From assembly GCA_018661505.1 (NCBI GenBank), contig JABJIE010000015.1, forward strand, positions 8,424 to 72,423: 64,000 nucleotides of DNA, read 5' to 3'. Made by a program: the position numbers and the translations under genes. Below are positions 38,525 through 47,621 of the stretch, piece by piece. The notes beneath the pieces are model-generated. The model saw only the letters and a list, made by a program, of their open reading frames with translations. It did not search any database and was not told the DNA's origin. The number at the start of each line of letters is the position of its first letter. Within the stretch, counting starts at the first letter, position 1. The DNA comes from Lentimicrobiaceae bacterium (GTDB lineage Bacteria > Bacteroidota > Bacteroidia > Bacteroidales > F082).

Positions 38525-39091
38525 CTAGCGTGATATAGAGTCTTCTTCGATATCAAATTGACCTTTTATGTTATAAATCTCATGCTCTGTAAATTCCTCA
38601 TTTGCCCACATACTATCTCCAAATATTGTTTTATCCGGCATAACTAATTTGACAAATGTATTGGATTTAATGAGATTTCCTTTTTGATCCCAAATTAGGT
38701 TTTCAGTATAAAGCTCTTCACTGGTTTCATAATTTTTTATGACCACATTATTTCTTGCATTCATTGATTTACGTTTTCGGTAGTCAATGCCATAATTTGC
38801 TGTTATATATGATGTTTCATGCCCCTTTTTGTCAAAGAAGGTTATTTCAAAACCATTTGGAAATTCATTATACTCATCATCACCAAGATATCGTTTCATA
38901 AGAGGGCTACTTAATCTAACTCTAATAAAGCCAGAATCGGATCGCTCATAGACTATATTGTAGGTGGTAATAGCAGCCAGAGTATCTTCTAGTTGTGTGA
39001 TCTCATTTATTTTTGATATGGAGTTCTCACAAGAAAAAAGTAATACTCCAGCCAGAACCAGAAAAGTACTTTTTATTGATTTTAAGAACAT
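38525..39091 (-). CDS. LptC-like periplasmic lipoprotein (LPS export)
   Basis: 188 aa with lipobox LAGVLLFSC. The size, beta-rich sequence and position in the lptD-containing array fit LptC. The name comes from context. Confidence 0.5.
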   Translation of the reverse strand: MFLKSIKSTFLVLAGVLLFSCENSISKINEITQLEDTLAAITTYNIVYERSDSGFIRVRLSSPLMKRYLGDDEYNEFPNGFEITFFDKKGHETSYITANYGIDYRKRKSMNARNNVVIKNYETSEELYTENLIWDQKGNLIKSNTFVKLVMPDKTIFGDSMWANEEFTEHEIYNIKGQFDIEEDSISR

Positions 39092-39106
39092 GTTTATAGA
39101 TTTCGG

Positions 39107-40498
39107 TTACTTGGCAGCTCTGACCGTAGTTATCTCATTAATCCAACATTCTACCGTATATTCATCACCTTCATGAAGGTTGTAGAAAAATAAAAGCTCA
39201 GTGGTTGGGAAATATTTTTGATAAGAACTGATTCTCTTATTCATTGATGTGGCAATATTAGGTTCAACAGAGCGAGCTTTTTTGTATTGATCAACAGCTG
39301 CCCAATAGGCAACTTTTCTAGTTAGCTCATCATTGCCACAATCATTAGCTGTTGATGCATATAAATCGCCAATTATAATGTAAGGTTTGCCAGCTTTTGG
39401 ATTTAGATTTGCAGCTTTTCTGGCAATTGCACGGGCTTTCTCGTTTTTTTGTAGAGACATAAAATCCTCAGCCAGGAAAATCAACGCCTTGTATGCTCTA
39501 GTTTCATTTTCCATTTTAATAGCCTCCTCAAGGTAAGGTACTGCCTCAACATACTTCTCTTCTTTCAGCAACATTTTACCAATTAAATATGCAGACTCTG
39601 GAGAAGGCTCAAGTCTATAGAGGGCCACAGTAGAATTGAAATATAATGGTGACTCTATACAACCTTTTTTATCCAATAGCTTGGTTATCTTTTTAAGTAA
39701 TTTTGTGTCCTCGGGATTCGCATCATATTTCTTCTGATATATTCTTACCAGATCATCACACTTGGCAAATGGTTCAAACGAATTTTCTATGGTACCCTTT
39801 ATGTTGATATACTCTTCTCCTTTTTTCCAATTACCTGCTTTGTCATATTTATCAATATTAGCATCAATGTAGTCGCTTAGCATATCGTAAGCATCCACAA
39901 CTGCTAAGGTGTCGATATTTCCTTTTTTCGCCATTTTAGTAATTGACCTGAAATAATATACATATACGGATCCTTTTGCATTTTCACCGTCAAGTTCAAT
40001 TGATTCTCCTAAAATTTCATATGCTCCAAGATAGTTTTTCGAAGGGCTAAGGTTATAATAGTCTATACCTTTTCTCCCAAGTATACTTCCCACTTGTGGT
40101 TTTTTAGTTTTGTAGTGATACGGATAATAATACGCTCTCATATCATAAAGCATCATTAAGGTATCTGTCAATTCTTGTTTTCTGGCGGCATCCTTTTCTT
40201 TTTTGATACTATAGTTAATCATTTTTACCCCATCAACATATATATTTTCTGTAGCTTTTGGACAGTTATGAAGTACATGCCTCCAATATTTCAATGCAGA
40301 TGAAATAATATCACTTTTATACCCACTTGCTTTCCATTGTTTGTAATCACCACGATAAAGTGATAAATTTTTAACACATTCAATGCTGTCGTTGCCATAT
40401 TTTGCAAGGTCATCCTTTGTTGTGAAGGTTTGTGCTGTTGAGGTCATAAAAAGACCTGTTATTGCCACTAGTGTTAAAATTGCAGATTTAAGTCTCAT
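39107..40498 (-). CDS. Secreted TPR-containing protein
   Basis: 463 aa, signal peptide (LVAITGLFMTSTAQ), TPR-like units near the C-terminus (EKYVEAVPYLEEAIKME, ALIFLAEDFMSLQKNEKARAIARKAANLNP). Confidence 0.6.
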   Translation of the reverse strand: MRLKSAILTLVAITGLFMTSTAQTFTTKDDLAKYGNDSIECVKNLSLYRGDYKQWKASGYKSDIISSALKYWRHVLHNCPKATENIYVDGVKMINYSIKKEKDAARKQELTDTLMMLYDMRAYYYPYHYKTKKPQVGSILGRKGIDYYNLSPSKNYLGAYEILGESIELDGENAKGSVYVYYFRSITKMAKKGNIDTLAVVDAYDMLSDYIDANIDKYDKAGNWKKGEEYINIKGTIENSFEPFAKCDDLVRIYQKKYDANPEDTKLLKKITKLLDKKGCIESPLYFNSTVALYRLEPSPESAYLIGKMLLKEEKYVEAVPYLEEAIKMENETRAYKALIFLAEDFMSLQKNEKARAIARKAANLNPKAGKPYIIIGDLYASTANDCGNDELTRKVAYWAAVDQYKKARSVEPNIATSMNKRISSYQKYFPTTELLFFYNLHEGDEYTVECWINEITTVRAAK

Positions 40499-40518
40499 GA
40501 TAAACTTTTTAATTGTTA

Positions 40519-41808
40519 CTATCTGTATTTCCTTTTCTGGAACCAGTTTTCTTGGATTGATACTCCAAGAGAAATATCAAAGAAATTTTCTTGAATCAGA
40601 TTATTATCTGTTGTTCCTCTTCTTCCGAAATCCACTCCCAGATCTATACCAGTTTTAGAGTTCTTCAGTGGAAAACTTACGCCAAAACTTATGCCAAACT
40701 CTGTAATTGGGTTATTGTAAAATTTTAAATAGGATTGATTATATCTTAATCCAGCTCTATAGGTCATCCTTTTAAAGATGGAAGAAATATTAGTATGCTT
40801 CGGTGTGAATGCACCTCCCAAGGTAACTCTCCAAGAATTTGAAAGAGAGTCTTCAACGCCAAAAGCCTCAAATTCTTTCCATTTCTGCCACTCAAAATCT
40901 GCTCCAATCATCCAGTTTCCTTCATTGGTAAGAGCAAGCCCAAATCCTAATCTCGCAGGTAAAACAATCGATCCCTCTTCATCTGGTCTATATTCAATGG
41001 TATCTACTACTTGCTCAAGAAGTCCATTATAACCACCTATGATTGTTTTGGAGAGGTAATTATAGTTGGCTGATAAATTGAATTTTTGGGCATACGTAGC
41101 GCCTATTGTTAGTTTAGTTTTCTCTCCAAGTTTTAAGTCGTATTGTATCCCATAATCAAAAATGAAATCACCAACACTGATGTGATTTTCTACTTTAGTG
41201 CCAAAAATATTGGAGGAGTCAGGATAGAAAATCATACTTAAACGCGATGATTGCCCAAATAGATAGGAGGCATCAATACCCACTCTGAGATTTTCTGAGA
41301 TATTAAAACCATTACCCCAAAATACTCGATTAAGTCCACCATCTCCTGAAAATGAATGTACCACGTCACTAAAGTTATCAACTGGAACTAGCACCTGAAC
41401 ATTGTAGCCTATTTTGCTAAAGGGCATTATCCCTGCTCCCGATCTCCACCACCTAGTAATGGGGAAACCAATGAAAATGTAACTCAGGGTTGCATCATAT
41501 CCACTTTCTGTTAATGTATTGGTCTTGAGAGTTGTAGCGTTGCCCGAAACCCCAACCTCAAATAGAAATGCTGATGAATCTAGTGTTCCGTATGATGCGG
41601 GATTAGCAGGGTTTAAAATTGTAGGATCATGCAAGGCTATGCCCAGTCCACCCATTGCAACAGAAACCGTATTTAGGTTTTCCAAGTATAGTTGACCAAG
41701 TCCATATCTTGAATATGGCGAATTTATTCCTGTCTGAGCATCTAATTGCAAGCTCAAAACAGTGAATATTAATATTATTATTAGATTAATTCTTTTCATT
41801 AAAATCAA
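40519..41808 (-). CDS. Outer-membrane beta-barrel protein of unknown function
   Basis: 429 aa with signal peptide (IFTVLSLQLDAQ). Alternating-hydrophobic strands run throughout, and the terminal aromatic-rich strand ends before a basic tail. The start overlaps the coaX 3' end. Confidence 0.55.
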   Translation of the reverse strand: MILMKRINLIIILIFTVLSLQLDAQTGINSPYSRYGLGQLYLENLNTVSVAMGGLGIALHDPTILNPANPASYGTLDSSAFLFEVGVSGNATTLKTNTLTESGYDATLSYIFIGFPITRWWRSGAGIMPFSKIGYNVQVLVPVDNFSDVVHSFSGDGGLNRVFWGNGFNISENLRVGIDASYLFGQSSRLSMIFYPDSSNIFGTKVENHISVGDFIFDYGIQYDLKLGEKTKLTIGATYAQKFNLSANYNYLSKTIIGGYNGLLEQVVDTIEYRPDEEGSIVLPARLGFGLALTNEGNWMIGADFEWQKWKEFEAFGVEDSLSNSWRVTLGGAFTPKHTNISSIFKRMTYRAGLRYNQSYLKFYNNPITEFGISFGVSFPLKNSKTGIDLGVDFGRRGTTDNNLIQENFFDISLGVSIQENWFQKRKYR

Positions 41809-42529
41809 GGATTTTTTTTAATCCATGTACCACAATATTAGGGGATGCAAAGATGTTACTTTTTACCAAGTTTTCAAAATATAAATAATCACCCCCGCTA
41901 ATAATTATTTTAAGTGGTGAAAATAAGGCTTCGTATTGGTTTATAATATGTTCCACTTCTGTTTTTAATCCATTAATTACCCCAGAAGTGATTGATTCAT
42001 GTGTTGTTTTACCTACTAGATTCACTTCCTTTTCGGCACTTGGTTTATCCAATCTGGGTAATTCATGAGTAAATTTACTCAGTGCGTCAAATCTCATTGT
42101 TAATCCTGGGCTAATTGCTCCCCCAAGATAATCACCATCTGCATTAATAAAATCATAGGTAACACATGTGCCTGTATCAATAACTAAAACATTTTCACCA
42201 GGATAAGCTAAACTTCCAGCTGCAGCAATGGCTATTCTGTCTTTTCCAAGTGTGGCGGCTGATTGATACATGTTTTTGAAAGGCACTTTTGTAGTATGAG
42301 TTAATTCAATGAAATAGCCTTTTCCCTGTAAGAATTTTGACACTTCACCATCATGATTAGAAACTGATGATAGGATTGAAGAGCATATATCAGGAAAAGA
42401 AATAATGATTTCTTTTAAAACTTCGATAAGGTTTTCCTTAATTACTCGAAACTCTATGATTTCATCATTGCTAAAAACAGCTATTTTAGATGATGTGTTT
42501 CCTATGTCAACTATTAATTTCAAAAGCAC
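41786..42529 (-). CDS. coaX: Type III pantothenate kinase
   Basis: 247 aa. 'LIVDIGNTSSKIAVF', 'VIDTGTCVTYDFI', 'ISPG..MRF.AL...T..LP', 'GGDA-like SGGDY'. Confidence 0.9.
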   Translation of the reverse strand: MLLKLIVDIGNTSSKIAVFSNDEIIEFRVIKENLIEVLKEIIISFPDICSSILSSVSNHDGEVSKFLQGKGYFIELTHTTKVPFKNMYQSAATLGKDRIAIAAAGSLAYPGENVLVIDTGTCVTYDFINADGDYLGGAISPGLTMRFDALSKFTHELPRLDKPSAEKEVNLVGKTTHESITSGVINGLKTEVEHIINQYEALFSPLKIIISGGDYLYFENLVKSNIFASPNIVVHGLKKILDFNEKN

Positions 42530-42615
42530 TACATGTGATTATCAGACAAAAATAATACTATGTATTTGTACAGGGGAAATTTTTATGATTTTTTTTGATA
42601 AAACGAAAAATTGTG

Positions 42616-42623
42616 TACTTTTG
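42616..42623 (+). promoter_or_regulatory. Candidate -7 box (TACTTTTG) for tRNA-Phe
   Basis: Matches TAnnTTTG, 15 nt upstream of the tRNA 5' end. Confidence 0.4.
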
Positions 42624-42637
42624 CGACCGTTTTTGTT

Positions 42638-42710
<73 letters not shown>

Positions 42711-42726
42711 CTTTAAAAACCTAATT

Positions 42727-42763
42727 TCCCCTTGATACCATTGGTGTCAAGGGGATTTTATTT
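42727..42763 (+). terminator. Rho-independent terminator after tRNA-Phe
   Basis: CCCCTTGATACC / GGTGTCAAGGGG stem (one G-U pair) followed by ATTTTATTT. Confidence 0.6.
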
Positions 42764-42899
42764 ATATGGCCTTCAAAATAATCCCATTATTCAAGTGTTT
42801 TAATAAGTTATCCATAATGGATCGATTATTAATCAATTATATGGATATAACTGCGCTTTTGAGATTTGATTTAATACATTTGTAAAAAATCAATAATCA

Positions 42900-43625
42900 A
42901 TGATTGTAAATACCAGAGGAGTAGTTATAAAACAAACTAAATTCTCAGACTCGGGAGTTATTGTAAAGATATTTACAGAACAATATGGTATGCAATCATT
43001 TTTTGTTAGAGGACTAAAAAGCAGGAAGTCAAAAAGTAAAGCGGCAATGTTTCAGCCCCTTTCAATACTTGATTTGGTAATTAATTTCTCCGATAAGAAA
43101 TCTCTTCAAACCATAAAGGATATTGATTTAGCATACTCATATAAAAGCATACCTGATAATATGGTAAAGAGGTCTGTATTATTTTTTATTGTGGAATTAT
43201 TGTATAAATGTTTGAAGGACGAAGTTAAAAACAAGGAGTTGTTTGATTGGATAAACGGATCATTGGTTTGGTTAGATATTGCCAATGAAGGGTATGCTAA
43301 TTTTCACCTGCTGTTTATGATGCAGCTTACAAAGTTTTTAGGATTTTATCCATCAAAGTTATCAATGATGGAGATATCAATTTTTGACCTTCAGGATGGA
43401 CAATTTACAAATACGATTCCTTTACATGGTAATTATCTGTCAGGTGATGAAGTCAATAATATAATGTCCATATATTCAAAGAGTTTTGAAGATGCTACAT
43501 CAATAAAATTTAATAGGGAAAATAGAATGCAGGTTTTAGAAAATCTTATTAAATATTATAATTTTCATATTCCTTCCATGGGGGGATTTAAATCTTTGGA
43601 GATACTCAGTGTAATATTAGATTAA
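42900..43625 (+). CDS. recO: DNA repair protein RecO
   Basis: 241 aa. N-terminal OB region 'RGVVIKQTKFSDSGVIVKIFTEQYGMQSFFVRG' and the typical RecO length and helical C-terminal half. Confidence 0.85.
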   Translation: MIVNTRGVVIKQTKFSDSGVIVKIFTEQYGMQSFFVRGLKSRKSKSKAAMFQPLSILDLVINFSDKKSLQTIKDIDLAYSYKSIPDNMVKRSVLFFIVELLYKCLKDEVKNKELFDWINGSLVWLDIANEGYANFHLLFMMQLTKFLGFYPSKLSMMEISIFDLQDGQFTNTIPLHGNYLSGDEVNNIMSIYSKSFEDATSIKFNRENRMQVLENLIKYYNFHIPSMGGFKSLEILSVILD

Positions 43626-43660
43626 GGATTTTTCTTCGGAATAGACTTAATATTGAAGAG

Positions 43661-44362
43661 CTATATAAACTGCATGCCAAAGACGTTGGAAAATTCTTTA
43701 TTTAATATCAAATGAACATCTTTTATATCAATCTCTTTTCCCAATTCTTTGGCAATTGAAGTAACAGATTTTCCCTGTATGCCGCAGGGTACTATATAGT
43801 CGAAATAATCCAAGTTAGTATTAACATTTAATGCAAAACCATGCATGCTTACCCAATGACTTGTTCTTACTCCAATGGCACAGATTTTTCTGGATTTAAT
43901 TGGATTTTCAGCATCTAGCCATACACCCGTAGCTCCTTCTGATCGAGTTGCAAAAACATCAAAATGACTCAATGTTTTTATGATTACTTCTTCTAGATTG
44001 TAGATGTAGTTTTTTATAGAAACACCAAAATTATCCAAATCAAGTATTGGATATCCAACAATTTGACCAGGACCGTGAAAGGTAATATCTCCTCCACGAT
44101 TTATTCTATATAATGATGCTCCCTTACTTTTTAAAAAATCTTCACTTATTAGTAAGTTATCCTGTTTGCCACTCTTACCTATGGTGTATACATTTGGATG
44201 TTCGCAATAGATAAGAAAATTTGGTGTAGCAGATTTAATCTTATTTTTTCTATTGTTTTCTTTTATAGAAACAATTTCATCAAAAAGTTTTTCCTGATAG
44301 TCCCAAGCTTTTTGATAGTCAACCAGATCAATGTTTATATTTTTTACATTTTTGTTCACCAT
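43661..44362 (-). CDS. lipB: Lipoyl(octanoyl) transferase
   Basis: 233 aa. 'RGGDITFHGPGQIVGYPILDL', 'KICAIGVR......MHGFALNV', 'IVPCGI'. Confidence 0.9.
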   Translation of the reverse strand: MVNKNVKNINIDLVDYQKAWDYQEKLFDEIVSIKENNRKNKIKSATPNFLIYCEHPNVYTIGKSGKQDNLLISEDFLKSKGASLYRINRGGDITFHGPGQIVGYPILDLDNFGVSIKNYIYNLEEVIIKTLSHFDVFATRSEGATGVWLDAENPIKSRKICAIGVRTSHWVSMHGFALNVNTNLDYFDYIVPCGIQGKSVTSIAKELGKEIDIKDVHLILNKEFSNVFGMQFI

Positions 44363-44371
44363 AATTGCTGA

Positions 44372-45232
44372 TTACAAACCGCGAACATGTTTTTCAGCTC
44401 TATATGAAGATCTAACCAAAGGACTGCTTTCAACAAAACGAAAGCCCATTTTCAATCCTTCTTCTTTATAATCTGCAAACAGCTCTGGAGTTATGTACTC
44501 CTTTACCATTAGATGCTTTTTTGTGGGTTGAAGATATTGACCAATTGTTACTACTTCTACTCCAGAATTCCTCATATCATGCATTGTTTCGATTACCTCA
44601 TCACGTGTTTCTCCCAACCCTACCATTATTCCTGATTTGACAACGACACCTGTTTTTGCAATTATGCTAAGGGTCTTAAGGCTTAGATCATATTTTGCTC
44701 TACTCCTCGCCCACGGTGTAATTCTTCTGACGGTTTCCAGATTATGTGAAACAACTTCTTGCCCGGCTTTGCATACTGGTATTACAAGCTCTTCAATACC
44801 ATCAAAATCTGGAATTAGAGTTTCAATGGTTGTTTGCGGTCTTATTTTTTTAATTTCCTTCACCGTTTTAATCCAAATGTCCATGCCTAGATCTTCGAGG
44901 TCATCTCTATCTACAGATGTAAGAACGCAATGCTTTAATTTCATCAGGTTAACAGTATTCCCAACTCTTTCAGGCTCTTTCAAATCAACTTCCAAGGGAC
45001 GGCCTGTTTTTACATTGCAAAAGCCACAAGAACGAGTACATATATCACCTAAAATCATAAGTGTTGCTGTGCCTCGTCCCCAGCATTCATCCATATTTGG
45101 GCAATGACCACTTGTACATATGGTGTGAAGCTTGTTTTTTTCTACAATATCTCTTACTAACCTATATTCTTTACCCGATGGTATCTTGCTTTTCAACCAG
45201 TGGGGTTTCCTTAATGTCTTGTCCAATTTCAA
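44372..45232 (-). CDS. lipA: Lipoyl synthase (radical SAM)
   Basis: 286 aa. 'CPNMDECWGRGTATLMILGDICTRSCGFCNV' carries both cysteine clusters, plus 'TSVDRDDL' and 'LPDF'-type blocks. Confidence 0.95.
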   Translation of the reverse strand: MKLDKTLRKPHWLKSKIPSGKEYRLVRDIVEKNKLHTICTSGHCPNMDECWGRGTATLMILGDICTRSCGFCNVKTGRPLEVDLKEPERVGNTVNLMKLKHCVLTSVDRDDLEDLGMDIWIKTVKEIKKIRPQTTIETLIPDFDGIEELVIPVCKAGQEVVSHNLETVRRITPWARSRAKYDLSLKTLSIIAKTGVVVKSGIMVGLGETRDEVIETMHDMRNSGVEVVTIGQYLQPTKKHLMVKEYITPELFADYKEEGLKMGFRFVESSPLVRSSYRAEKHVRGL

Positions 45233-45462
45233 ACTATATTATTAATTTCCAATTTAAGAAATTGATGGTTATTTCAAAGGGCAAAATTATATAAATAAAG
45301 CTTTAATCAAGACAATTACCTAAATAGATATAAATAGTTAGTAAATAGACGAGTATAATTTTTATAATCAGAATATTCTTCTAATCTGATGATAGATAAT
45401 TTTAAAGATTTAAAAACAACTAAATAAACTACTTTTGTGTCGCAACACTGACACACCTAACC

Positions 45463-47409
45463 ATGAAATACTATTTCACATTAGCCATATTAGTATTAAC
45501 TATATCGTTTTCCTTTGCACAATTAAACAATAAGGTTGTTAATCATGAGATTATGGTTCAACTAAGTAATTCAGATCAATTGAGTAAACTTCTGGAAAAC
45601 CATAATCTTGAAGTAAAGGATATCCTATCTGAACGATTTAAGATTTATCTTTTGCAAATAAAAGATAAAGGTAAATCCAATTCTGAGGTTATTTCTAGCT
45701 TAAGATCCATTCATTACATCCATAATGTTCAAAGTAATCATATTGTAGAATTAAGAAATACTCAACAGAAAATTCCCAACGATTCATTATTTGCGGATCA
45801 ATGGGCTTTGCTTAATACGGGGCAGGGCAGTGGTTATGCAGGGGCTGATATAAGCGCTACTCTTGCATGGGATATTACCACAGGAGGAGTTACTGCGCAT
45901 GGAGACACAATTGTTGTTGCCGTTGTTGATGATGGATGTGATATTGAACAGAATGACCTTAATCTTTGGAGGAATTATAATGAAATTCCCAACAATGGCA
46001 TTGATGATGATGATAATGGTTATGTTGATGATTATAATGGTTGGAATGTATATAATAACAGTGGTGATATACCTTCTACTAATCATGGAACTCATGTTAG
46101 TGGAATTATTGGAGCCATTGGCAATAATGATAGGGGAATTTCGGGTTCAAATTGGGATGTAAAAATTCTACCCATTGCAGGTGAATCTAGTACAGAATCA
46201 ATTGTTGTGAAAGCACTTTCCTATGTTTATGAGGTAAGGGAGAAGTATGATCAAACAAATGGTATTGAGGGAGCATTTATTGTGGCTCAAAATAATTCGT
46301 TTGGTGTTGATAAAGGGCAACCAAATCAATATCCAATATGGGAAGCAATGTATGATTCATTGGGGTCAATTGGAATACTTAGTATTGGCGCTACTGCTAA
46401 CAGATCATGGGATATTGATAGCTTAGGTGACATACCCACAGCCTTTGAAACACCATTTATGATATCAGTTACAAATACCACAAATAGGGATTTTAAAAAT
46501 AATAGTGCAGCTTGGGGTAAAACAACCATTGACTTGGGTGCTCCTGGGACAATAATTTGGTCACTTGGACTAAATAATACCTATAGAATGAGCTCTGGGA
46601 CATCAATGGCTACCCCTTTTGTTTCTGGTGCTATAGCGCTTCTTTTGTCAGCAGCTGATTCGGCATTCATTAACAACTATAAAAATAATCCAGCACAGGT
46701 AGCCCTTATGCTAAAGGAGTTTATTTTAAATGGTGTTGACATATTACCAGATTTGGATAGTATAACAGTATCTGGAGGCAGATTAAATTTATTTAAATCA
46801 TTGAATCTTATGCTTGGCAATGCAGCAATTGATGTTAATCCACAATTAATCTCAGAAGAACTTCCTCTTGACTACACATTAACCAAGTCTATTTTCATAA
46901 CCAATTTAGGATCCGATACAATCAATTATGAGATTAGTATCGATAACAATCCGGGGTGGATTTACCTTTCGGATGATGATGGTCAATTAATGGGCAACGA
47001 AACAGATACAATTATGGTTGAACTTTCAACCATGAATATAGATTCTACTGGTGTATATTCATGTATAATAAGCATTTCTGGTCAAAACATCGATACTAGT
47101 TACACCTCGGTTATTATGAATGCCTTTGATGATTCGGGTATACCGGGTGGTAACACTAATAAAGTTAATGTATATCCAAATCCGTTTGGTGATGTTGTGA
47201 GATTTGATTGCAAAATAAGAGGTCAAGGCGAGTATTTGATCAATATTTATGACATTTTAGGAAATGAGGTATATAAACACCAGGAAATTAATCGAAACTC
47301 AAGCATTACACATATTTGGCATTGTGATGCGGTTAAAAGTGGCATATATTATTATGAAATATCATTTAATGATGTAAACATATATTCCGGGAAATTATTT
47401 AAAAATTGA
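45463..47409 (+). CDS. Secreted S8 (subtilisin-family) serine peptidase with a T9SS C-terminal sorting domain
   Basis: 648 aa. Catalytic triad blocks VAVVDDG, HGTHVSGIIGA, SGTSMATPFVSGA. Asp/Asn-rich Ca-binding-like insert DDDDNGYVDDYNG. CTD VYPNPFGDVVRF...GIYYYEISF. Confidence 0.9.
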   Translation: MKYYFTLAILVLTISFSFAQLNNKVVNHEIMVQLSNSDQLSKLLENHNLEVKDILSERFKIYLLQIKDKGKSNSEVISSLRSIHYIHNVQSNHIVELRNTQQKIPNDSLFADQWALLNTGQGSGYAGADISATLAWDITTGGVTAHGDTIVVAVVDDGCDIEQNDLNLWRNYNEIPNNGIDDDDNGYVDDYNGWNVYNNSGDIPSTNHGTHVSGIIGAIGNNDRGISGSNWDVKILPIAGESSTESIVVKALSYVYEVREKYDQTNGIEGAFIVAQNNSFGVDKGQPNQYPIWEAMYDSLGSIGILSIGATANRSWDIDSLGDIPTAFETPFMISVTNTTNRDFKNNSAAWGKTTIDLGAPGTIIWSLGLNNTYRMSSGTSMATPFVSGAIALLLSAADSAFINNYKNNPAQVALMLKEFILNGVDILPDLDSITVSGGRLNLFKSLNLMLGNAAIDVNPQLISEELPLDYTLTKSIFITNLGSDTINYEISIDNNPGWIYLSDDDGQLMGNETDTIMVELSTMNIDSTGVYSCIISISGQNIDTSYTSVIMNAFDDSGIPGGNTNKVNVYPNPFGDVVRFDCKIRGQGEYLINIYDILGNEVYKHQEINRNSSITHIWHCDAVKSGIYYYEISFNDVNIYSGKLFKN

Positions 47410-47480
47410 ACCCTAAATATGTGGGCCGTTAATTTCACGAACAATTTTTATAATTACACTTCAAGATAGGAGGAAATTAC

Positions 47481-47488
47481 TACTTTTG
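47481..47488 (+). promoter_or_regulatory. Candidate -7 box (TACTTTTG) for tRNA-Leu
   Basis: Matches TAnnTTTG, 17 nt upstream of the tRNA 5' end. Confidence 0.4.
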
Positions 47489-47504
47489 CAAACCTTCATC
47501 AGTT

Positions 47505-47586
47505 GCCCAAGTGGCGGAATTGGTAGACGCGCTGGTCTCAAAAACCAGTTCCTTTTGGAGTGCCGGTTCGATCCCGGCCTTGGGTA
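47505..47586 (+). tRNA. tRNA-Leu (anticodon CAA), class II with a long variable arm
   Basis: GCCCAAGTGGCGGAATTGGTAGACGCGCTGGTCTCAAAAACCAGTTCCTTTTGGAGTGCCGGTTCGATCCCGGCCTTGGGTA. Anticodon stem CTGGT/ACCAG, loop CTCAAAA, 13-nt variable arm, T arm GCCGG-TTCGATC-CCGGC. Confidence 0.9.
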
Positions 47587-47589
47587 CTT

Positions 47590-47621
47590 AAGAGATCAAC
47601 AATTTGTTGATCTCTTTTTTT
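47590..47621 (+). terminator. Rho-independent terminator after tRNA-Leu, abutting the stop of the convergent photolyase gene
   Basis: AAGAGATCAAC / GTTGATCTCTT stem (47590-47616) followed by TTTTT. Confidence 0.65.

Noticed and set aside
45787-46162. Two overlapping about 100-aa ORFs (one per strand) inside the S8 protease gene
   Set aside because: They are produced by the GAT/AAT-rich stretch encoding the DDDDNGYVDDYNG insert. Their translations are Ile/Met/Asn low-complexity strings.
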